Assembly: GCA_051382335.1 (NCBI GenBank)
Contig: JBBCAX010000087.1
Location: forward strand, 1-64,000
DNA from: Deltaproteobacteria bacterium TL4
GTDB taxonomy: Bacteria > SAR324 > NAC60-12
Reading direction: 5' to 3'
DNA length: 64,000 nucleotides
The position numbers were made by a program, and so were the translations under genes. Below are positions 20,201-30,100 of this stretch, in pieces. Position 1 is the stretch's first letter. Each line of letters begins with the position of its first letter. Under the pieces are notes generated by a model. It was not told the origin of the DNA, ran no database searches, and saw only the letters and a program-made list of their open reading frames with translations.

Positions 20201-20550
20201 AACAGGAAAAGAATACAGGAAAGGTAAAGTCCCCTGAGCAACCATTGACGCTTGGTAATACCTAGTATGTTGTGAATAAAATGAACTGAGACAGGAATAA
20301 TGAAAACATAAATCATAAAAATACAGCGCGCAAAATACAGCGCAACCACTTTGGACGTCCAGAGTGTTTCAAGGGTGACATGAAGGTAAAAGACTCCCTG
20401 CAATAACGAATAAACCGTAAATAACTGATAAGAGCGATGCTCCCGTCCTGCCCGCAGCGTTACCGACGCCAGGAAAAACGCAGCTATCATGGTTAAAAAG
20501 GGAGGAATGGAATAAGGAAAGAAGTGTTCAAAATGGAGCAAAGAATTCAT
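14266..20550 (-). CDS. Giant membrane hybrid sensor: three HisKA_7TM-like modules, GAF-like domains, HisKA-HATPase, receiver, SpoIIE/PP2C phosphatase
   Basis: Three repeats start YSIPP/YSIPP/YTVPS and end YPxxNFxF...AYG. Kinase EFLANTSHELKTPL, NAIKFT, GGTGLGL; receiver VVDDE, LLDVMMP; PP2C GGDWYD, GDVTGHG, YTDGLVE, DDITL. Confidence 0.88.
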   Translation of the reverse strand: MNSLLHFEHFFPYSIPPFLTMIAAFFLASVTLRAGREHRSYQLFTVYSLLQGVFYLHVTLETLWTSKVVALYFARCIFMIYVFIIPVSVHFIHNILGITKRQWLLRGLYLSCILFLFVIPTSHFITANRDSFYAILPVPNEGFHLFILFSIAAIVYGISLLWAEYRKVNNPFKQRMIKYVLSGIVLSGVMTLTHAFPMLGISIYPPGNFGFLPLALMAYGILQHQLLDTTKSWLSQETSSKIIIALIWSPVFFSLLFVLFSSRAGFRNDLYQHFLNYSIPPLFTVIVCFGVTSFCLTRSKMKVEHFLFGLMCWLWGGLALEMLFTENLREPGMAILIVRINHFFLVNQTALSLHLGYRIVNRSGRKLVIFNYLLGFFFMFWTHTPHYYKDTMSHYMWGFYPQGNWAFQLFSINGILILLWVMVLLLQHWMHETDEEKSKQIFYIFIGLVVVSVFNFGSIPAVMGMNIYPLGNFTFLAVMVTAYGIFRHDVLHINSYAKKRIIEKTSQLLIVTGYVSLICLFFWAWRSLSWSHIFNRLTPYTVPSLISFLSCLFLSFVLLRMPQKQKEVWVFNFMCLCYAFLSLDFFLAGFLVDLSVFLIITRWDQFFLVLLMLGLNLHLLFLLTHDQRHLWLSRGGYFMGFLMASLSHTQWYFQDSVYSYFWGVVVKKAILFDVMSSLWLLGTIYVIVAMYKVYRNTKQVYEKHRLTYVMFGYLVTALLSLGNIPALNGFELYPPSNFLFIPILLFAYGLLVHNKKELVQTIRLFVYWSGLAGFVLLLCILLLNTGLVQPSLGHYLLGSLIILTSTSFFSQAWHAVLFLFFEHEKEALQQAFTFIMELLSRVTRHRELYQFVSYSLFKILSSNRCTLLVQTSSGHHFSGWSYLSFQSNFFSTADPLNESECPVEIINDSMLLIWLKQQKAGVTQEEVEEWIYTEKSPQKIEPIFLEAEWIQPIFYEDQLSGLLLLGGKTNSAVYTQMEKEFLYQLSMALGPHIHTLNMIQVLENKVQERTEALSVALIEAKNKEQEISHFSQVIQAINSSMELDNVLGCVRNALQTFFEFDQLGIWLIDEERQALNFVKVYGEGVSDAQVERMKKVRLSLAHQGSWFIKAIHDNEPKYVSPITNEILCFFDEKDLEIHQQIRSKSYLFYPMEIQQKVIGVIAFGHSTTPFELTDDQVFKTQRYIAPISNAINNVNLLAQTKKAFLEAQAKEQEIVNINQVVQAVNSTLDLDKVVDTAKKALLEIFHFEVVSIMVVDEAQQVVVTQKVYGDILGPELIKQFCNVPVPLNSQESAVTYSLHTGNPLYIPVVESSRMGSIDKQFYDIYPFHSLLLMPLSVQGNVIGFMNFFSLHEAFHLDESDILKIQNFVTQIANAVYNAHLTKEIEHINASLEQKVEEQTKELKLALEKLQEADKLKDEFLANTSHELKTPLHGIIGLGEALLDGTVDLLNKEQAYSLQMIIQSGKRLSSLVNDILDFSKMKHHELQLQLKVVDIKSISNIVMALSTHLIANKPITLNNQIPDDLPLVSADESRLQQILLNLIGNAIKFTWEGNVTIFAKQVGANLQIDVSDTGIGIAEEHQEIIFQSFKQADGSISREFGGTGLGLAVTQQLVELQGGKIEVKSQEGKGSVFSFQLPIASTQILDSEQERNGTLSLLKGFSEQNGDNASGLLMQNEQEADSLPEGTTVRTTERVSLGQTILVVDDEVVNVHILKSHLQLSNYKILTAYDGIQALELLSQHVPDLILLDVMMPRMSGYEVCQKIRESYSSIVLPVIMLTAKNQVIDLVEGFQSGANDYLTKPFHKKELLSRVQMHLQLKMLAFAMKESERQQMELKTAQTVQKRLLPQFDPQLEEIEIASFYQSASESGGDWYDYGYYQDTNRLDVVIGDVTGHGVSAALITAMADSIYHSMEEHHRRIIANGTSHQLLHPTYFLELLNNLMIKSTDSSYAMTFFYSAIDLKKKNLLYSNAGHNPCFIFRPSQFKFIRNGKEHKSSILHLKSQNAPLGYDSDAVFKMDIQPLQTEDVLIWYTDGLVENTNAQGQMFGSMPLKWIIKQCANLNASEIKDRIISAFHQHCGDYPPDDDITLIVAKIK

Positions 20551-20689
20551 AGCTGACGAAGGTGAAAGACGCTGTGAGTAAGTTAACCGAGACGGGCATC
20601 AGTTAGTTCCTACAACAGAAAATACAGACAGTCAACTATTTGAACTACAGGAACAATTTAAGGATTGGGGCTATCTCAACTAAAGATCC

Positions 20690-21922
20690 TTATAATTGTT
20701 TTTCATTCGCATCAATGATGTCTTCAAGCAATTCTTTGAGTCGACTTTCTACAGAGAAATCAAACGGTGCCATAAAAAACGGCATCGAAAACTCTTTAGG
20801 TTCGAGATGGTCTAAGACCTCTTTCGCTAATTGAATCGACTTTTGATATTGCTTTGTTCGAACCAAGGCTAAGGCGTGAAAGGTCTTTGAGACACTTGAG
20901 GGAGCATGGCCCCTTTCTGTCTGTGTCAAGAGACTTTCCCATTGATTGGAACGAGCTATACTTTTATAGATAAAAAACAAAAGATACTCCTGTAAAGGGA
21001 TCCGGTTCCTTTCTATAAACTGGGTTTTTTGAAGTTTAAGTTGGTTCATCCCTAAATGCGCGTAATATCCAGATTTTTGATAATCACCCACAGTATCATA
21101 GCCCAAAGCAATGAGGATATAAAGTTGGACATTTCCAGGATATTGCCTAATCAAAGGAAAAAGTCGGGGCAAGATCTGAATCCGTAAGTCATCCGGCATT
21201 TTGATTCGCATCATGTAGGAGTGAAACATACGAGCTTCGGTTTGTACATAAGAACCCTTCTGCATGACTTCCTCCAAATCACTCAATCCTTCTTCTATGG
21301 TACCGGTTGTTACAACAAAGGAAGCCACTTTTTGAATAATCCAGGGCGCACGGGAAATCATAATTTTCAAAATGCCGGTGCTGATTGAAGAATCATAGAA
21401 ATCAGGATAACGTTCACGCAGCTCTTTGAAAATATCAACACCCCTCATTCCATATTTGTAAGCATTCCAATAGGATTTACGAACCGCGATATCAACACCC
21501 CCTTTCATGGCGAGTACCGCTCCTAAATAAACCTGCCATACCGGATTTTGGGGTTCTTTTGCGACTTGCGCTTCCAGCAGCAGAATGGCGTTGTCGGTAT
21601 ATTTATCAAAAGATTCCAACTGTGCTTGTGTTTCTTTCGAATTTTTCTCATAAGTAACGGTTAATTCCATGTAACTGTAAACCGACTCGTAGGTCGCCCG
21701 TTCCGCACCCTGCGTCTCTTCAATAAATTGCTGTGCCTTTGGACGGGATTCCAGAAAACGCAGATTATAAAGGTCATGCCGGAGTTCTTCAATGCGGTCA
21801 TAATTGGGTATAAAAATGGGGCTTTTGGCAAAAAGGCAGGAACCTTCTCCTTGCGTGAGCATCAGGCCGAAAAACATCAACCCTATTTGTACCCAGTAAC
21901 GTTTGAAAAACTGAAATGTCAT
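20690..21922 (-). CDS. Secreted alpha-helical TPR-like protein (DUF3808-like)
   Basis: Signal peptide and helical repeats; YPDFYDSSISTGILK...G...EGLSDLEEVMQKG...EA pattern. Confidence 0.5.
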   Translation of the reverse strand: MTFQFFKRYWVQIGLMFFGLMLTQGEGSCLFAKSPIFIPNYDRIEELRHDLYNLRFLESRPKAQQFIEETQGAERATYESVYSYMELTVTYEKNSKETQAQLESFDKYTDNAILLLEAQVAKEPQNPVWQVYLGAVLAMKGGVDIAVRKSYWNAYKYGMRGVDIFKELRERYPDFYDSSISTGILKIMISRAPWIIQKVASFVVTTGTIEEGLSDLEEVMQKGSYVQTEARMFHSYMMRIKMPDDLRIQILPRLFPLIRQYPGNVQLYILIALGYDTVGDYQKSGYYAHLGMNQLKLQKTQFIERNRIPLQEYLLFFIYKSIARSNQWESLLTQTERGHAPSSVSKTFHALALVRTKQYQKSIQLAKEVLDHLEPKEFSMPFFMAPFDFSVESRLKELLEDIIDANEKQL

Positions 21923-21960
21923 TTTTTCCCTTTACTTCCCTTTTGCTTTGTAATTGTTCA

Positions 21961-22031
21961 GCCACAGAGACACCGAGGCCCAGAGCGCTTATCAATATTC
22001 TTATTTTTCTCTGCCTCTGTGTCTCTGTGGC
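21961..22031. repeat. Inverted repeat of 8-nt units (GCCACAGAGACAC...)
   Basis: GCCACAGAGACACCGAGGCCCAGAG and CTCTGCCTCTGTGTCTCTGTGGC. Confidence 0.75.
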
Positions 22032-22048
22032 AAATACCCACGGAACCG

Positions 22049-22918
22049 TTATTTTGCTCTTACTTGACACCAGGCTACGTAAACATTAGCGCCAAAAATC
22101 AGTAACGCCCCCATCCAACCTGTGAGTGTCAGAGCAGGGTCCGATGCGATGAGCGGTCCTAAAAATGCGGCTAAAAGAATGCGGGTTGATGAGATAATAC
22201 TACTTTCAACCGCAGAAATATACTTGAGTCCCAAGGTTAACAAATATTGACCTGTGATCGCCATCGCGGCACAAAGGGATAAGTAATACAATTCTTCGAA
22301 GTTTGGAAGATAAATCTGCTCATGAAAAAGGAGATATATCACGCCACATCCCCCACCAAACGTAAAGAGCAGAACGGTATCGGTGTCGTTGTGTTGTCTT
22401 GCCGAATTTAAGGCAATGATGGCAAAGGCCGCCGTAATTCCTGAAGCTAATGCCCATAAATTTTCCCACTTCATCTCAATGGACCCCCTGTTTAATACCA
22501 AAACCACCCCTGTAAAGGCAATCAATACCGTTATTAAGATCTTGAGATTTCGCTGATCTTTCATAAAAATCCAGGTGATCATCGCAATAAATATCGGATA
22601 GGTCATATTCAGAATATTGGCTTCGGCGACCGTTGTCTCATGGACTCCCTTAAAAAAGCAGTAAACCGCGATCACATTGAAAAGAGCACGTGTGATCAAT
22701 AGATCATAGCGTCGAGGACGGGGACGTTTCTTTTTGGCGACAAAAATTACCCCCACCACCATGATCCCCAAAAAAAATCGTGAAAATACAAAAAAAACAG
22801 GTTCTATGAATACGTCTTGACGAGCCCAGCGGATGCTGACCGTTGACATATAAAAACAAAACCCGGATCCTAAAACGGAAAGGCTGCTTAACAGGCCTTT
22901 TGAAAAAAAATGCTTCAT
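22049..22918 (-). CDS. DMT/EamA family transporter
   Basis: About 10 TM helices in two EamA repeats (FSRFF, TYPIFIAMI, GALLI). Confidence 0.9.
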   Translation of the reverse strand: MKHFFSKGLLSSLSVLGSGFCFYMSTVSIRWARQDVFIEPVFFVFSRFFLGIMVVGVIFVAKKKRPRPRRYDLLITRALFNVIAVYCFFKGVHETTVAEANILNMTYPIFIAMITWIFMKDQRNLKILITVLIAFTGVVLVLNRGSIEMKWENLWALASGITAAFAIIALNSARQHNDTDTVLLFTFGGGCGVIYLLFHEQIYLPNFEELYYLSLCAAMAITGQYLLTLGLKYISAVESSIISSTRILLAAFLGPLIASDPALTLTGWMGALLIFGANVYVAWCQVRAK

Positions 22919-23127
22919 CGCTAAATTTTAATGTCTTTTGATATCAGTAGTTTAAAATGCAAGCCTTTGATTTATAAAGAATAATTTATAATTGATTTGC
23001 ATCTCAGGATGAACTACTGTGAGCAATGATTCAAGACTAATAGTTGTTTTAAATTGGGGAGAAATTGATTCTGGGAGGAACCTTTCTCTATCTTCAAACA
23101 TCATCCACGTCACAGAAAAGGATTTCT

Positions 23128-26100
23128 ATGAAAATAAAGCGCTTATTGACTCAGGAAGGGAAAGATCCCTATCAGTCTTTGGAATTCGTTCCAAGAACAT
23201 CAATCATTCGTAATCCTGACGGTTCCGTTGTTTTTGAGCTTAAAGACGTCATGGTTCCAAAGGGTTGGAGCCAAGTTGCGACTGATATTATTGCACAGAA
23301 ATACTTCAGAAAGGCCGGCATCCCCAAATTCACAAAATCAATCAAGGAAAAAGGCATTCCCGCATGGCTACAGGCCTCTGTGCCTGATCAGAAAAAATTA
23401 GAAGAACTGCCAGACGCCGATCGAACCACTGTTGAAAAAGACTCTCGAGAGGTGTTTAAGCGGTTAGCGGGATGTTGGACGTACTGGGGACATAAGCATC
23501 ATTACTTCGATAGTGAGACCGATGCCCAGGCCTTTTATGACGAGATTCGTTACATGCTGGCAAACCAAATGGCCGCTCCCAATTCTCCCCAGTGGTTCAA
23601 TACAGGCTTGAATTGGTCTTATGGGATTACGGGTCCTTCTCAAGGGCATTATTATGTTGACCCTGAAACTCAAAAAGCCGTCAAGTCGGAAGATGCGTAC
23701 ACTCACCCTCAACCTCATGCCTGTTTTATCCAGTCCGTCAAAGATGATCTGGTTCAAGAGGGTGGAATCATGGATTTGTTGCAACGTGAGGCGCGTTTGT
23801 TCAAATATGGATCAGGAACAGGAACGAATTATTCTGATATTCGGGGAAATGGGGAGTCGCTTTCTGGAGGAGGCGCTTCTTCGGGGTTGATGTCTTTTCT
23901 TAAAATTGGGGATACGGCGGCAGGCTCAATCAAATCAGGTGGAACGACCCGACGAGCGGCCAAGATGATTTGTTTGGATCTGGACCACCCCGATATTGAA
24001 GCCTTTGTGAATTGGAAAGTTCGAGAAGAACAAAAAGTGGCCGCTTTGGTCGCGGGGTCAAAAAGTATCAAGCAACTCATTTACGCTTTATTTGAAGCCA
24101 TTTGGGGTTGGGAAAATGAAGCGGAACGCTTTGACAAGAAGAAAAATACAGCTTTAAGAAAAGTGATCCGAAAGGCACGTCTCGCCTATATGCCTGCCCA
24201 TTACATCGAACGAATCCTTCAACTGGCACGCCAAGGCTACACCCAGGTCCTGTTTGATGAATACGATACCGATTGGAATTCCGAAGCCTACGCCACTGTC
24301 TCAGGACAGAATGCGAATAACTCCATTCGAATCAGCCATAACTTCATGCAAGCTTTTCAAGAGGATAAGGGGTGGGACCTTTACTGGAGAACGGAAAAAG
24401 TTAAAGCTAAGGCTGAAGGCAGAGAACCTCAACCGTGTAAGACGATAAAAGCGTCAGAACTGTGGGAACAAATCACTTTTGCCGCATGGTCTTGCGCTGA
24501 TCCGGGAATTCAGTTTGATACCACCATCAACGAATGGCATACGTGTCCTAATGATGGTCCTATCCGGGCCTCGAACCCTTGCAGTGAATACATGTTTCTG
24601 GATGATACCGCCTGTAATCTCGCCTCCTTAAATCTGCTCAAGTTTGCAACTCCAGAAACAGGAACTCTGGATATTGAGTCCTTCCAACATGCGGCGCGTT
24701 TATGGACGGTTGTTCTCGAAATCAGTGTCTTGATGGCACAATTCCCAAGTCAACGGATTGCCGAACTCTCTTATGAATTTCGTACTTTAGGCTTGGGGTA
24801 TGCCAATATGGGAACCTACTTGATGGTGAGTGGAATTCCTTATCATTCTCAAAAAGCAACGGCGATCTGCGGTGCGATCACAGCCATTATGCACATGACC
24901 TCTTACGCGACTTCCGCGGAAATGGCCAAAGAACTGGGGCCCTTCGCAGGTTATGAACGTAACAAAGAAAGTATGTTACGAGTGATCAGAAATCACCGTC
25001 GAGCCGTATACGGTGTTCCCGATTCTGAGTATGAAGGACTGCAAATTAAGCCCATTGGGATTGATAGTAAATACTGTCCTGCTGAATTGCGAAATGTTGC
25101 TAAAGACTCCGCAGACCTGGCGTTGGAACTGGGAGAACAATACGGTTATCGAAATGCACAGGTGACGGTGATTGCTCCGACAGGGACTATCGGTCTGTTG
25201 ATGGATTGCGATACCACAGGTATCGAACCTGATTTTGCGTTAGTTAAATTTAAAAAACTCGCCGGCGGAGGCTATTTCAAAATCATCAACCAATCCATTC
25301 CTCCCGCACTCAAAAAACTGGGTTATAGTGACGCTGAAATTCACTCCATTGTCGGATATGTTAAGGGCAGAGGAAGTCTCGCGGGAAGTCCCTGCATCAA
25401 CGCAAAATCCCTTAAAGAAAAGGGATTTACCGATGAGATTATTCACAAAATTGATGAACAATTATCATCCGCCTTTGATATTTCTTTTGTTTTTAACAAA
25501 TGGATTTTAGGCGAAGCCTTTTGCAAAAAAACCTTGAAATTTACAAGTGCGCAGCTCAATGATTTTAATTTCAGCATTTTGAATGAGCTTGGATTTTCCA
25601 ATAAGGAAATTGAGGCCGCCAATGATTACGTCTGCGGGACTATGACTGTTGAAGGAGCCCCTCACTTGAAGGAAGAACATTACAATGTTTTCGACTGTGC
25701 CAACAAATGTGGCAAAAAAGGCCTCCGCTATATTGAAGCCATTGCTCATATCAACATGATGGCCGCGGCTCAACCTTTTATTTCAGGTTCCATTTCGAAA
25801 ACCATCAATTTACCTGATACCGCGACAGTAGAGGCTGTGAAAGAGGCCTACCTGACTTCCTGGAAATTGGGTTTAAAATGTAATGCGCTTTATCGTGATG
25901 GATCCAAGTTGAGTCAACCGCTGAACACCAGTTCTCAAGATGATGACTTGTTGCTTGAGTCTGAGGAGGAAACCTCGCAAGAGGAATCCCGCCCTCAAGC
26001 GACTGAAGTCCGGATTGCGGAGAAGGTGATTCATCGCTATCTCGCCAAACGGCGTCCAATGCCTTACCGACGTTTGGGCTACACGCAAAAGGCCACGATT

Positions 26101-26784
26101 GCAGGACATAACATCTATCTGAGAACCGGGGAGTATGATGATGGGACTATTGGAGAAATCTTTCTGGATATGCACAAGGAAGGAGCGGCTTTCCGTAGTT
26201 TAATGAACTGCTTCGCCATCGCGATTTCTCTAGGTTTGCAGCATGGTGTGCCTTTGGAAGAGTTTGTGGAAGCGTTCGTTTTTACACGTTTTGAGCCTAA
26301 TGGCATGGTGATCGGCAATGATTCAATCAAAATGTCAACCTCCATTATCGACTATATTTTCCGTGAACTGGCCATTTCCTATCTGGGTCGTCACGATTTG
26401 GCTCATGTGGCTCCCGACGATTTACGATCCAGTGCGATGCACACCCGTAAACCTAAAGAACCTGAATTTCACGAAGAAGAGGTCATCTCTGAACGAACAC
26501 TCAGTTCTGCGGAAAGTACTTTACTGTTACAGGAAGAGGCCTTTCCGCAAATAGAACTTCCGAAATTTCGGCCTAAGTCAGAAGTAAACTTAGAGCACTC
26601 CTACAAAACGTCTGCGACCACGGCAATCGCAATGAGAGCCTCCTCTCAATCGGGGAAAATTCAGGAAGCTCGCATGAAAGGCTATGAAGGGGATCCCTGT
26701 CCCAAGTGCTTTCAATTCACCATGGTACGTAATGGTTCATGCTTAAAATGTGTTTCCTGTGGAGAAACCAGCGGATGCTCCTAA
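23128..26784 (+). CDS. nrdJ: Vitamin B12-dependent (class II) ribonucleotide reductase
   Basis: [32 protein letters not shown] and IAPTGTI motifs, a TSCPD-like domain and C-terminal CxxC...CxxC. AAGGA RBS precedes ATG at 23128. Confidence 0.97.
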   Translation: MKIKRLLTQEGKDPYQSLEFVPRTSIIRNPDGSVVFELKDVMVPKGWSQVATDIIAQKYFRKAGIPKFTKSIKEKGIPAWLQASVPDQKKLEELPDADRTTVEKDSREVFKRLAGCWTYWGHKHHYFDSETDAQAFYDEIRYMLANQMAAPNSPQWFNTGLNWSYGITGPSQGHYYVDPETQKAVKSEDAYTHPQPHACFIQSVKDDLVQEGGIMDLLQREARLFKYGSGTGTNYSDIRGNGESLSGGGASSGLMSFLKIGDTAAGSIKSGGTTRRAAKMICLDLDHPDIEAFVNWKVREEQKVAALVAGSKSIKQLIYALFEAIWGWENEAERFDKKKNTALRKVIRKARLAYMPAHYIERILQLARQGYTQVLFDEYDTDWNSEAYATVSGQNANNSIRISHNFMQAFQEDKGWDLYWRTEKVKAKAEGREPQPCKTIKASELWEQITFAAWSCADPGIQFDTTINEWHTCPNDGPIRASNPCSEYMFLDDTACNLASLNLLKFATPETGTLDIESFQHAARLWTVVLEISVLMAQFPSQRIAELSYEFRTLGLGYANMGTYLMVSGIPYHSQKATAICGAITAIMHMTSYATSAEMAKELGPFAGYERNKESMLRVIRNHRRAVYGVPDSEYEGLQIKPIGIDSKYCPAELRNVAKDSADLALELGEQYGYRNAQVTVIAPTGTIGLLMDCDTTGIEPDFALVKFKKLAGGGYFKIINQSIPPALKKLGYSDAEIHSIVGYVKGRGSLAGSPCINAKSLKEKGFTDEIIHKIDEQLSSAFDISFVFNKWILGEAFCKKTLKFTSAQLNDFNFSILNELGFSNKEIEAANDYVCGTMTVEGAPHLKEEHYNVFDCANKCGKKGLRYIEAIAHINMMAAAQPFISGSISKTINLPDTATVEAVKEAYLTSWKLGLKCNALYRDGSKLSQPLNTSSQDDDLLLESEEETSQEESRPQATEVRIAEKVIHRYLAKRRPMPYRRLGYTQKATIAGHNIYLRTGEYDDGTIGEIFLDMHKEGAAFRSLMNCFAIAISLGLQHGVPLEEFVEAFVFTRFEPNGMVIGNDSIKMSTSIIDYIFRELAISYLGRHDLAHVAPDDLRSSAMHTRKPKEPEFHEEEVISERTLSSAESTLLLQEEAFPQIELPKFRPKSEVNLEHSYKTSATTAIAMRASSQSGKIQEARMKGYEGDPCPKCFQFTMVRNGSCLKCVSCGETSGCS

Positions 26785-26803
26785 GCTGAGTCAACAACCT
26801 CAA

Positions 26804-26844
26804 CCATTCAGGAGTCCTTCGGATTTTCCAAGACTCCTGAATGG
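26804..26844 (+). terminator. Probable intrinsic terminator after nrdJ
   Basis: 13-bp stem CCATTCAGGAGTC / GACTCCTGAATGG followed by a T-rich tract. Confidence 0.7.
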
Positions 26845-27176
26845 AAATTCTCTTTCCTTTACTCTTCGGACAGTTTTTAACTTCCAGTCAACAGTTTATT
26901 TCGTGACGTGGTTTTGCCACGTCTATCAACGATCAAGGCTCTCCTTGCTTTTAGGGTTGTCTGTTTTAGGATGTTTTTCGAATTTCCCAATGTTCTTTAA
27001 AAAAGCAAACTCGCCTTAAAAGTATGAATTTCAGAGACTTTAAAAAATATTATAAAATTACTTGCTAGATTGGGGTAAAATATTTTAAGAAATAGATACA
27101 AACTATTTTGTCCTGCTCCTGTATGGCAAGGGTGAAATGTAATTCATACCGATTAACATTAAAGTGAGGTGGTTTC

Positions 27177-30100
27177 ATGAAATTTAAAAAACTCATGCAC
27201 ATATTTATAGCCGTTACGCTGTTTCTGATGATGGGATGTCAATCCGCCTCTGATGAAGAGGATACAAAAAAATCCAGTCAACCTGCAGCAGAAGAAGCGA
27301 CAGAAACCGTCGATGTCGCGACCATTACCGCAGGAAAAGTGGAATTTACTGATGAAAATAAGGAATTGGGAAAACTGTCTGGAACGCTGACCGTCACGCC
27401 CGCAAGCGATGAAAGTTTGATTGCGGGATACACCGTGTATTGGGGAAGCAACGCAACCACAAAATTAGGGGACGCTATTGTTTCCTTTGATAAAACTGGA
27501 GCAGCACTCACTCACCCTTTTGTCAATCAGGCGATTCCTGCCAGTGTGGCTTATATCCTTGTTTTCAGCAAGAGTGAAAAGGGGGAAGCCACAAGTAATG
27601 TCTTCATCAAAATCAAAGATGTTGGCGCACCCAAAGTAAAAGCGCAGGGGGTTTCCTTCAAAGATATTGATGAGGATAAAGATCAGCTTGAAGGCGAAAT
27701 CAGCATTGTTAAGGCCGAGAATGAGGACTATGTTACCAGTTACGTCGTTTATTGGGGTTCTAATGCGACAACCAAGCTTGAAAAAATCACAGAAATCGTC
27801 AAAACAGGACGTGACTTGAGTCACTCTATCGTCGCAAATACTCCCCTCCCGACCAATGCGACACGCATTCTGGTGTTTACAAAAAATAATGATGATGAAA
27901 TGGCTGAGGGGATTTCGGTTCTGATTAATGATCTCAATACCGCTATTAATCAGAACACGGTGGTGGATGTGGTTATCCCAACGGTTCCTGCGGTTTCCAT
28001 TGACTTTACTGATACCGATTTGGATGAAGGAGAAATCGCGGGAATTTTGACCATTCAAAAAGCCATTGATGAATCCGATTTGACTCACTACGTCTTATAT
28101 TGGAGTGAAGATGGTAAAAGTAAACTGTTTGCGGAACCTATCGCCACTTTGAAAAAAACAGGAAATGATTTAACCTACATTGTCAAGAATGATACGAAAA
28201 TTCCTGAGAAAGCGGCATACTTTATGGTGTTCACACGCAGTCAGGCAGAGATGCTCAGCGGAATACGCGCGCTATTTAAAGACATCAAAGCGCCGGCTCC
28301 CATTACGCAGGTGGTCGCGGGATACGCTCATACCTGTGCGCTTTCAGGCGATGGACGAGTCCGTTGCTGGGGCTCAGGGAATTTGGGACGTCTAGGCAAT
28401 AATCTGCTCAAAGATTCCCCGGTTCCTGTATTTGTTACCGATATTCGAAATGCGGTGCAACTTTCCTCGGATGCTCATAATTGCGTATTGCTCCGCTCCG
28501 GGGTCATCAATTGTTGGGGTGCCAACCGTACTCAGCAATTAGCGATTGATTGTAGTGACGCCAGAACTACATGTACCACAAGACGGACCTTATCAGAAGC
28601 CAGGTCAGAAGAGGAGGACTTCTTTCAAGTTGGAAGAGCTGCTGACGCGACATCCGATACTGTTTTTGATGAAAGCGCTGGTGCTTCGGGAGATAATGCT
28701 GAAGCCATTATGGGAGATCCGACAGGGGATAGTTTGGGAAATGTTCTCACTCCCTATGAAATTTATGAAATTACTAATGCGACCGAAGTGTCAGCCGGAG
28801 CGTTCCACTCCTGCTCATTGCTCAAAGATGAAACGGTAAAATGTTGGGGTAAAAACCGTTTTGGGCAATTAGGAAATCATGATAAGGAAGTTCCGCGGCA
28901 TACCGCGGCTAAGATTGCCTATGTGGACTCCAACGCCAAGGATGGAATACTCAGTGATCTCAGCTATAGAATCACACAAAATACCATGGATGCCCTTAAA
29001 GCGGAAACCGATGCTTCCATTGCCGAGGCGAAGTCAAGAGTTATCAAAGAAAAGGCATCTTATGACGCCGCCTATGCAGCCTTCAGTGTAGCCAATGAAG
29101 AATATCAAAAAGCCATTGCAAAGGTCAGTACCGAAAGAAATTCATTGGAGGCACTATCCGATGCTAAATTTAATGCGGATGCGGCATTGAATCAAAAGAA
29201 AGCAGAAAAATTATACTTGGAAAAACAACTGGCGGCAGGGGTCGGCGGCGTTGTTCAAGCTGATATTGATACTGCGGCTAACAGCATCCTGGTTCTTGAA
29301 GGCCTTCAAGCCGTCGCTCAAGCGAATTATGACAACCAGAATAATAAAGTCCTCAATGCGGAAACCCAAGCGGACGCCAGAGGAGCCGACTTGGATACTG
29401 CCAATACCGCTTATAAACAGGCAAGTGACGCCTACGACGCTTCCGTTGACGCTCTTTTTTCCAGAGTCATTAGTGATTTGGAAAACATCAAGAATCAATA
29501 CTTTGCGACAAGGGCCGATTTTATTAAAGCCATTGATCCTATTGTACAGGTCACTTACGGCTTTAACATCTATGAAGGTGAAACCATCCCTCTAAGCAAG
29601 GCCCATGAGGGATATAAAGCGTTGATCATGAAACATGCTGAAACATCCACAGGAGGGGTAACAATCACTATAACGAAGGCCGATAATGAAACGGATATCA
29701 CTCATTATATCGTGTATTGGGGTTCAGACTCTGTTACCAAACTCACCAGTTATATTAAATTTGGAGCAGAAGAGGAAATCATTCCCTTGGCGGTCATTGA
29801 GAAATCCCGAACCAACCTGGAGCATACTTTTTATACTTCAGGTTTAAACACGAAGCCTATTGATGCGACACACCTCATTGTCGTTACGTCAAACGAAAAT
29901 GGCGAAATGGAAACGGGAGTCGCCGTGCTTCTCAATGACACGTCTTCATCAACGCCACCCTTCACCACAGGAGCCATGTATAAAGACTCGCTGATTCCTG
30001 TAGAAGTCCAAGATGATGGCTTGGGAAGGCCCCAGGGGGTAGGACGTTTGATTAATGTAATCCAAATTACTACAGGTGGAGAACAAAGCTGCGCGCTGTT

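Noticed and set aside
22919..23127. Cobalamin riboswitch or NrdR boxes upstream of nrdJ
   Set aside because: No B12-box. AGACTAATAGTTGTT (23034-23048) is only a weak single match to the NrdR consensus.
23128..26784. Intein or intron in nrdJ
   Set aside because: The catalytic motifs are colinear, and no intein splice junction or homing endonuclease motifs were seen; the length is explained by the TSCPD-like and zinc-ribbon tail.
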